Positions 27,486 through 33,236 of a DNA stretch of 33,236 nucleotides are shown here, piece after piece (within the stretch, counting starts at the first letter, position 1; every line of letters begins with the position of its first letter). Both the position numbers and the translations under genes were made by a program. Where the stretch lies: assembly GCA_964355545.1 (NCBI GenBank), contig CAYHEK010000007.1, positions 1 to 33,236 of the forward strand, read 5' to 3'. This DNA comes from an uncultured Thermotogae bacterium (GTDB taxonomy: Bacteria > Bipolaricaulota > Bipolaricaulia > UBA7950 > UBA9294). Below the pieces are notes generated by a model, which was not told the DNA's origin, ran no database searches, and was given only the letters and a program-made list of their open reading frames with translations.

Positions 27486-28196
27486 GTGAGGGATGTGAAC
27501 GAAGAGATCGTGCTACTCCTCGAGCTTCAGGAGAAGGACCGCAAGCGCGCTCGTCTCGAGCTCGAGAAAAACCGCCTCGAGGCGCGGGCCGCTCAGTGTC
27601 GAAAAAGGCTGGAAGAGGAGCGCGCCGCGGTCGAGGCCCTGCGCCAGCACCTCCAGGAGCTTGAGCGCTCAAGCCGACTGAAGAACCTCGAGGTCGACGA
27701 GCTCGACCTGCACACCCGCACCTACCAGAAGCGCCTCGACGAAGGGATCATCAGTTTCAAGGAGATGGAGGCCCTGCGGACGAAGATCGCAACCGAGCGC
27801 GAACGCATGAGCGCCCTGGAGGACGAAGCCCTGGCGACGATGGACGCGATCGAGACGACCCGGGCCGAGCTTCGGGCCGCAGAGGAAAAGCTTGCCCGCC
27901 GCACGCAGGAGTTTGTCGCGGCCGTAGAAGAGATCGAACGCGAGATCGCCGAGGTGAGTGAGACGATCGCCTCCTGCGGGACCGAGCGCGCCGCGATCGC
28001 CGCGAGGGCCCGGCCTCACCTCCTCGGTCGCTACGAGGTGCTGCGCGCGGATTTCGCGGACCCGGTCGTCGCGGTCACGAACGGCTCCTGCTCAGGGTGC
28101 AAGCTCCGGGTGAGCGGAAATACGATCGAGCGCTCCCGCAACGGATCGGACATCGTCACGTGCGAGAATTGTTCGCGCATCCTCTACATCGCCTGA
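27486..28196 (+). CDS. Coiled-coil protein with C-terminal C4 zinc ribbon (COG1579 / zf-RING_7 family)
   Basis: Long heptad-rich region then CSGCKLRVS...CENCSRILY; GTG start 27486 (alt 27495). Confidence 0.75.
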   Translation: MRDVNEEIVLLLELQEKDRKRARLELEKNRLEARAAQCRKRLEEERAAVEALRQHLQELERSSRLKNLEVDELDLHTRTYQKRLDEGIISFKEMEALRTKIATERERMSALEDEALATMDAIETTRAELRAAEEKLARRTQEFVAAVEEIEREIAEVSETIASCGTERAAIAARARPHLLGRYEVLRADFADPVVAVTNGSCSGCKLRVSGNTIERSRNGSDIVTCENCSRILYIA

Positions 28197-28894
28197 ATCG
28201 CGGCCGGCGCCTTTTCCTCCTCCTTGCGACCTCTCTTCTCGCGTGCGCGGTGGCCTATCCCCTCCCCCTGCCGGTCGGCCCCCTCTCCGACTACGGGAGC
28301 GTCCTCGACCGACACGGCCGCGAGCGGATCCTCACCCTGATCGAGGACTCGAAGGGTCGCCTCGGGATCGCGGTGAACATCCTCGCCAGTTGGGAAGACC
28401 CCTACGGGGACATCGACCGCTACGCCGGCGCCATTCTCCAGGCGTGGGGCCTCGGCGAGGGGAAGACGATCCTCGCCGTCTTCCTTAAGACAAAAGAGAA
28501 CTGGGACGTGAGCGTCGTCGTCGGCGCAGGGACCGCCTTCGGCCACCCCGCTCTCGCCCAGGCCCTCGCGAAGGGAGTCGCGGACCTCGTGGCGCATCGG
28601 CGGATCGAGGAGGCAATGGCAGAGCTGTTCGCGGCCCTCGAACGCGAGCTCGCCCCGCCGGCCTCTGTCACCGACCGCCGACATTCGAGCGGAATCGGCC
28701 GCGCCCTGTGGATCCCGCTCGCGGTCGGCGGCGGCTTCCTCCTTCTCCTCCTTATTCTGCGGCGGATCTGCCCGCGGTGCTGGAGGATCCTGCGGATCCG
28801 CGAGCGGAGCCCCTTCGGGACCTGGCGCGGCCGCGATCGGGTATACTACTGCCGTCGATGCGGTTACTCGCGCATCAAGGGAGGAGAAGGCTAG
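28160..28894 (+). CDS. TPM-domain (TLP18.3/Psb32/MOLO-1) protein with C-terminal TM and zinc-ribbon tail
   Basis: Signal-like N-term, TPM core LSDYGSVLD...ILAVFLKTKENWDVSVVVGAGTAFG, TM LWIPLAVGGGFLLLLLIL, CPRC...CRRCGY; start uncertain (GTG 28160/TTG 28169; ORF-track ATG 28097 overlaps upstream gene by 100 nt). Confidence 0.65.
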   Translation: MRELFAHPLHRLNRGRRLFLLLATSLLACAVAYPLPLPVGPLSDYGSVLDRHGRERILTLIEDSKGRLGIAVNILASWEDPYGDIDRYAGAILQAWGLGEGKTILAVFLKTKENWDVSVVVGAGTAFGHPALAQALAKGVADLVAHRRIEEAMAELFAALERELAPPASVTDRRHSSGIGRALWIPLAVGGGFLLLLLILRRICPRCWRILRIRERSPFGTWRGRDRVYYCRRCGYSRIKGGEG

Positions 28895-29220
28895 GGGATC
28901 GCGGAGGAACTCCCTCTGAGGAAAGTCCGGACTCCACAGGGCAGGCCACTGGGGAAATCCCAGCGGGGGCGACCCCGGGAGAGTGCCACAGAGAGCAGAC
29001 CGCCGATGGCCCAGGCGCAGAGGACTTGGGCACAGGTGACGGTGAAACGGTGGTGTAAGAGACCACCAGCGGCTCGGGCGACCGAGTCGGCTCGGAAAAC
29101 CCTGGCCGGAGCAAGGCCAAGTAGGAAGGCGTCTGAGGGCTGCCCGTCCGAGCCTTTGGGTAGGCCGCAGAGATAGATGATCCCCCACGACAGAATCCGG
29201 CTTACCGGCCGTCTCCTCCC
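28879..29220 (+). ncRNA. rnpB: RNase P RNA, bacterial type A
   Basis: GAGGAAAGUCCGGACUCC (P4 5'), UGCCACAGAGAGCAGACCGCCGAUGGCCC, GGUGAAACGGUGGUGUAAGAGACCACCAG, GGAGCAAGGCCAAGUAGG, CCACGACAGAAUCCGGCUUA (P4 3'); P1 GGGAGGAGAAGG pairs with CCGTCTCCTCCC (11/12). Confidence 0.9.
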
Positions 29221-29644
29221 AAGATTCCCGCCCGTTTTGCGTTGGAGGAAGGCGCCCTGGCGGGTCCTCGTAATCCTCTACGCTATCCTGATCTTCGCCG
29301 TGTCGAGTTGCCCCTTACGGCCAGACCGGCCGATCCTCCCCATCGCTCACGGGGACAAGGTCCTCCACGCCGTCGAGTTCTCCCTGTTCTTCGTCCTTTC
29401 CTGGAAGGCCCTCTCCGGTCGGCGTCGGATCGCGTTCGCCCTCGTCCTGACCGCGCTTTACGCCGCAACGGATGAGGTCCACCAGCTCTTCGTCGCCACT
29501 CGCACGGCCAGTCTCACGGACTGGCTCGCCGACCTCGGCGGAGCCGGGGCGGCAGCCCTCCTCGTCCATGGGGTCCTCCGGTCTGTCTTGCTCGCGAAGA
29601 GAGGGGTGCGTATACTCCCAAACGACGCGAGAAAGGGGCGATAG
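29177..29644 (+). CDS. VanZ-like family membrane protein
   Basis: AILIFAVSS, DKVLHAVEF, ATDEVHQLFVATRTASLTDWLADLGGAG pattern of VanZ; ORF-track ATG 29177 overlaps rnpB 3' end, TTG 29237 more likely true start. Confidence 0.65.
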   Translation: MIPHDRIRLTGRLLPRFPPVLRWRKAPWRVLVILYAILIFAVSSCPLRPDRPILPIAHGDKVLHAVEFSLFFVLSWKALSGRRRIAFALVLTALYAATDEVHQLFVATRTASLTDWLADLGGAGAAALLVHGVLRSVLLAKRGVRILPNDARKGR

Positions 29645-29646
29645 AA

Positions 29647-30336
29647 ATGCTGTGGGGACTTCCATTCTTCATGGGAGAGAGTATCTTGATCCTCTTGCCG
29701 GCCTTGGCCCTCGCCCTCTACGCCCAGTACAAGGTGCGCTCGACCTACTCCCGCTACTCCACCGTCCGCACCTCCTCAGGGATCACCGCCCAGCAGGCGG
29801 CGAAGCGCATCATGGAGCGAGACGGAGTCACTGACGTCGCGATCGAAGGGATCCGGGGAAGGCTCTCCGACCAGTACGACCCGCGCGCCAAGGTCCTCCG
29901 CCTCTCCGACCCCACCTCCCCCTCCGTCGCCGCGGTCGGGGTGGCCGCACACGAGGCCGGCCACGCCATCCAGCACGCGCACGCGTACAAGCCGCTCCTG
30001 CTCCGCACGACGATCGTCCCGGTTGCGAATCTGGGTTCGCAGCTCGCGATCCCGCTCTTCATCATGGGTTTTGTCTTGCGCTACGAGCCCCTCGTGACCT
30101 TCGGGATCCTCGCCTTCGCCGCGGCGGTCCTGTTCACCCTGGTGACCCTTCCCGTCGAGTTCGACGCGAGCCGCCGGGCGGTCGCCGCCCTCCGCTCGGG
30201 CACGCTGGTGAACGAGGAGGAACTCGGAGCGGTCAAGGAGGTCCTGTTCGCCGCGGCCCTCACCTACGTCGCTGCAGCGGCGATGGCGGCGTTGCAGCTC
30301 GTCATGCTCCTCTCCTCCGCGAACAGGCGGCGATGA
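29647..30336 (+). CDS. Putative neutral zinc metallopeptidase (YugP / Zn_peptidase_2 family)
   Basis: HEAGHAIQH motif, N- and C-terminal TM helices. Confidence 0.8.
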   Translation: MLWGLPFFMGESILILLPALALALYAQYKVRSTYSRYSTVRTSSGITAQQAAKRIMERDGVTDVAIEGIRGRLSDQYDPRAKVLRLSDPTSPSVAAVGVAAHEAGHAIQHAHAYKPLLLRTTIVPVANLGSQLAIPLFIMGFVLRYEPLVTFGILAFAAAVLFTLVTLPVEFDASRRAVAALRSGTLVNEEELGAVKEVLFAAALTYVAAAAMAALQLVMLLSSANRRR

Positions 30337-30974
30337 AGCTCGCCCCGTCGCTCCTTTCCGCCGACTTCGGAAAGCTGCGCGACGAGGCAAGAGAGGTCGA
30401 GCCCCTCGCCGATTCCTTTCACCTCGATGTGATGGACGGGCACTTCGTCCCCAACCTCACGTTCGGACCTCCGGTGGCGAACAGCCTCCGTCGTGGCCTC
30501 TCTCGCCCGTTCGACATCCACCTGATGATCGACCGGCCAGCCGTCTACGCCCCCCAGTTCACCGTTCTCCCCGGAGACGCCATCACCTTCCACGTCGAGG
30601 CGCGGGACGACCCGAGGGAGACGGTCGCGACGATCCGTGCGACCGGTGCAAAGGTCGGGATCAGCCTGCGGCCGCGCACGAAGCTTGGACGGATCTTCCC
30701 CTACCTCGACCTGGTCGACCTCGTCCTCGTGATGAGCGTCGAGCCGGGGTTCGGCGGACAGGCCTTCCGCCCCGAGGCCGTAGAACGGATCCGCGACCTT
30801 GACCGCGAGATCGGCGAGCGGCCGGTCGCGATCGCGGCCGACGGCGGGATCGGGCCAAAGAACGTCCGCGACGTCGTCGAAGCCGGCGCGGAGATCGTCG
30901 TCGTGGGCTCGGCGATCTTTGGGGAGCGCGATCGCCTGGCGGCGATGCGCGCCCTCCTGGAAGCGGCCCGATGA
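30333..30974 (+). CDS. rpe: Ribulose-phosphate 3-epimerase
   Basis: SLLSADF, HLDVMDGHFVPNLTFG, MSVEPGFGGQ(A)F motifs; ATGA overlap with upstream stop. Confidence 0.9.
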   Translation: MKLAPSLLSADFGKLRDEAREVEPLADSFHLDVMDGHFVPNLTFGPPVANSLRRGLSRPFDIHLMIDRPAVYAPQFTVLPGDAITFHVEARDDPRETVATIRATGAKVGISLRPRTKLGRIFPYLDLVDLVLVMSVEPGFGGQAFRPEAVERIRDLDREIGERPVAIAADGGIGPKNVRDVVEAGAEIVVVGSAIFGERDRLAAMRALLEAAR

Positions 30975-32059
30975 ACGAGGAGCGCCTCATGCGGATGGCC
31001 CTCCGACTCGGCCGGAAGGGCGAGGGGGCGGTGAACCCGAACCCCCTCGTCGGCGCGATCGTCGTGCAGGGCGAGCGCGTGGTCGGTCGGGGCTACCACC
31101 GCGCCTTCGGCGAGCCCCACGCCGAGGTCTTCGCCCTCGACGAGGCGGGCGAGAAGGCGCGCGGGGCGACGCTCTACGTGTCCCTCGAGCCATGCAGCCA
31201 CCACGGGAAGACCCCGCCGTGCACGGAGCGGATCCTCGAGGCGGGGATCAGCCGCGTCGTCACGCCTTGCCGCGACCCGAACCCGCTCGTGAACGGAAAG
31301 GGCCTCGCCCACCTCCGCGCGGCCGGGGTCGAGGTCGTCGAAGGGGTCCTCGCCAAAGAGGCACAGAAGGAAAACGAAGCCTTCTTCAAGTTCATCACCA
31401 CCGGGCTCCCGTTCGTCTGTCTCAAGCTCGCGACAAGCCTCGACGGACGGATCGCCACGCGCACCGGGGACTCGAAGTGGATCACCGGGGAGCGCTCGCG
31501 CCGGGAGGCCCATCGCCTGCGGCGGCGCCACAGTGCGGTCCTCGTCGGCTCAAGGACCGTCCTCGTCGACGACCCCCTCCTCACCGTCCGCCACGTCCCC
31601 GGCCGGAATCCCGTCCGGATCGTCCTCGACGGAAAAGGAGAGGTCCCACAGAAGGCCGCACTCCTCCGGGAGCCGGGCCGGACGATCGTCGCCACGGCGA
31701 CGATGCCCAAGGAGAAAGAGGAGGCTCTTCTTGCCCTCGGAGCCGAGGTCTGGCGCCTCCCCGGACCGAATGGCCGGGTCGAACTCGAGGGGCTTCTCTT
31801 GCGCCTCGGCGCGGCCGGGATCGACTCCGTCCTCGTCGAAGGGGGTGGGGAGACCGCGGCCGCGTTCCTCGAGTCCGGCCTTGTCGACCGCGTCTCGTTC
31901 TTCATCGCTCCCCTCCTCCTCGGCGGCCGGGCGGCCGTCCCCGCCGTGGGAGGCCTGGGAGCAGAGATCGTGGCCGAGGGGATCCGCCTGCGCGAGGTCG
32001 AGTGGACGCGTCGCGGCGAGGACCTCCTCTACACGGGAAGACTGGAAAGGAGTCTTTGA
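30971..32059 (+). CDS. ribD: Bifunctional riboflavin biosynthesis protein RibD (deaminase/reductase)
   Basis: CMP/dCMP deaminase motifs HAEV...LEPCSHHGKTPPC followed by RibG reductase domain; ATGA overlap. Confidence 0.9.
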   Translation: MNEERLMRMALRLGRKGEGAVNPNPLVGAIVVQGERVVGRGYHRAFGEPHAEVFALDEAGEKARGATLYVSLEPCSHHGKTPPCTERILEAGISRVVTPCRDPNPLVNGKGLAHLRAAGVEVVEGVLAKEAQKENEAFFKFITTGLPFVCLKLATSLDGRIATRTGDSKWITGERSRREAHRLRRRHSAVLVGSRTVLVDDPLLTVRHVPGRNPVRIVLDGKGEVPQKAALLREPGRTIVATATMPKEKEEALLALGAEVWRLPGPNGRVELEGLLLRLGAAGIDSVLVEGGGETAAAFLESGLVDRVSFFIAPLLLGGRAAVPAVGGLGAEIVAEGIRLREVEWTRRGEDLLYTGRLERSL

Positions 32060-33236
32060 TGATCGAACGCTACGCGCTTTCCCCGATGAAGGAGCTGTGG
32101 AAAGAGGAGGCCCAGTACGAGCGCTGGCTCGAGGTCGAGCTCGCCTGTCTCGCCGCCATGGAGGAGAAAGGAGAGGTCCCCGCCGGAACGCACGCCGCGG
32201 TCGAGAAGACGGTCCGCGTCGACCTTGTGCGGATCGAGGCGATCGAAAGCGAGATCAAACACGACCTCCTCGCCTTCCTCCGCTCCCTCGAAGAACAGGC
32301 CGGGAAGCCGGGCCGCTTCCTCCACCGCGGCCTCACCTCCTCTGACGTCAAGGACACCGCCCTGTCCCTTGCGATGCGCGACGGGCTTTTGATCCTCCTT
32401 GAGGCAGCTAACGAGCTCAGAGGCGCTCTTCTAGAAAGGGCGCACGAGCACCGGGACCTCGTGATCGTCGGCCGCACGCACGGGATGCACGCCGAGCCGA
32501 CGACGCTCGGGCTCAAGTTCTTCCTCTGGCACGAGGAGATCGGCCGCGACATCGCCCGCCTCGAGCGAGCCAAGGAGACGCTCTCCGTGGGGAAGCTCTC
32601 CGGACCGGTCGGGACCTACTCTCAGGTCTCCCCGGAGGTGGAGCAGATCGCCTGCCGCGCCCTCGGCCTCGAGCCCGCCCGCGTCGCAAACCAGATCCTT
32701 CAGCGCGACCGCCACGCGGAAGGGATGGCGGCGATCGCCATCACCGGGGCGACGCTTGAGAAGATCGCCCTCGAGATTCGCCACCTATCGCGGACCGAGA
32801 TCGGCGAGGTCGAGGAGCCCTCACCGGAGGGCTCCTCCTCCATGCCGCACAAGCAAAACCCGATCCGCTCCGAACGGATCTGCGGCCTCGCCCGCCTTTT
32901 GCGCGCAAACCTCCAGGCGGCTCTCGAGAACGTCGCCCTGTGGCACGAGCGAGACATGTCCCACTCCTCGGTCGAGCGAATCATCCTCCCCGAGAGCTTC
33001 CTCGTCCTCCACTACATGCTCGTGACGGCGCGCGACCTCGTCGCCCATCTCGTCGTCCATCCGGAGAGGATTGCGCAGAACCTCGCCCTCACCCAGGGCG
33101 CGATTCACTCCCAGGCCCTCCTTCTCGCGCTCGTCGAGCAGGGGATGGCCCGCGCCGAGGCACACGAAAGGGTTAAGGCCGCCTCCGAGAGGGCCCGCGC
33201 CGAAGGCGTACCGCTCCTTGAGGTTCTCAAGGAGGA
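32059..33236 (+). CDS. purB: Adenylosuccinate lyase, 3'-truncated by window end
   Basis: Own translation: MIERYALSPMKELWKEEAQYERWLEVELA..., TSSDVKDTALSLAMRD, GSSSMPHKQNP signature; ATG 32059 overlaps ribD TGA; not in ORF track because no stop in window. Confidence 0.85.
   Translation, partial: MIERYALSPMKELWKEEAQYERWLEVELACLAAMEEKGEVPAGTHAAVEKTVRVDLVRIEAIESEIKHDLLAFLRSLEEQAGKPGRFLHRGLTSSDVKDTALSLAMRDGLLILLEAANELRGALLERAHEHRDLVIVGRTHGMHAEPTTLGLKFFLWHEEIGRDIARLERAKETLSVGKLSGPVGTYSQVSPEVEQIACRALGLEPARVANQILQRDRHAEGMAAIAITGATLEKIALEIRHLSRTEIGEVEEPSPEGSSSMPHKQNPIRSERICGLARLLRANLQAALENVALWHERDMSHSSVERIILPESFLVLHYMLVTARDLVAHLVVHPERIAQNLALTQGAIHSQALLLALVEQGMARAEAHERVKAASERARAEGVPLLEVLKE

Noticed and set aside
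30701-31905. Minus-strand ORFs 30701..31531 and 31174..31905, and plus-strand ORF 31533..32345
   Set aside because: They are antisense to, or out of frame with, rpe, ribD and purB, which carry clear family signatures.

Overview
This is a high-GC bacterial chromosomal window of about 68% GC. It uses GGAGG-type ribosome-binding sites, has many 4-nt start/stop overlaps (ATGA/GTGA), and several starts sit directly behind TATAAT-like -10 boxes, which suggests leaderless mRNAs. The many long antisense ORFs in the six-frame track are high-GC artefacts, and I did not call them.

Gene order, left to right:
- pgsA (-) and tpiA (-), divergent from an SPFH/stomatin gene (+).
- A truncated dcw-like block: csaB-like pyruvyl transferase, rsmH, ftsL, ftsI (all -).
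- mutS (-), a DAG/lipid kinase (+), mutL (-).
- A small accessory-looking patch: HTH-like protein, HD-domain hydrolase, and a stand-alone tyrosine-recombinase catalytic domain, flanked by structured, lower-GC non-coding DNA.
- A seven-gene translationally coupled operon: secreted protein, polytopic membrane protein, membrane-anchored acidic protein, MoxR AAA+ ATPase, DUF58, BatA-like vWA, double-vWA protein.
- tRNA-Pro(TGG) with its own promoter, then dnaX and ybaB.
- A DUF763-like gene (-), a zinc-ribbon coiled-coil protein, a TPM-domain protein, RNase P RNA (type A, absent from the ORF track), vanZ-like, Zn-peptidase, rpe, ribD, and the 5' part of purB (also absent from the ORF track).

The strongest candidate for something new is the recombinase patch immediately upstream of the MoxR/vWA envelope operon. 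It sits with a long repeat-rich leader and a 35%-GC in-frame insert inside the operon's first gene. All family calls are from motifs read by eye, and no database search was run.
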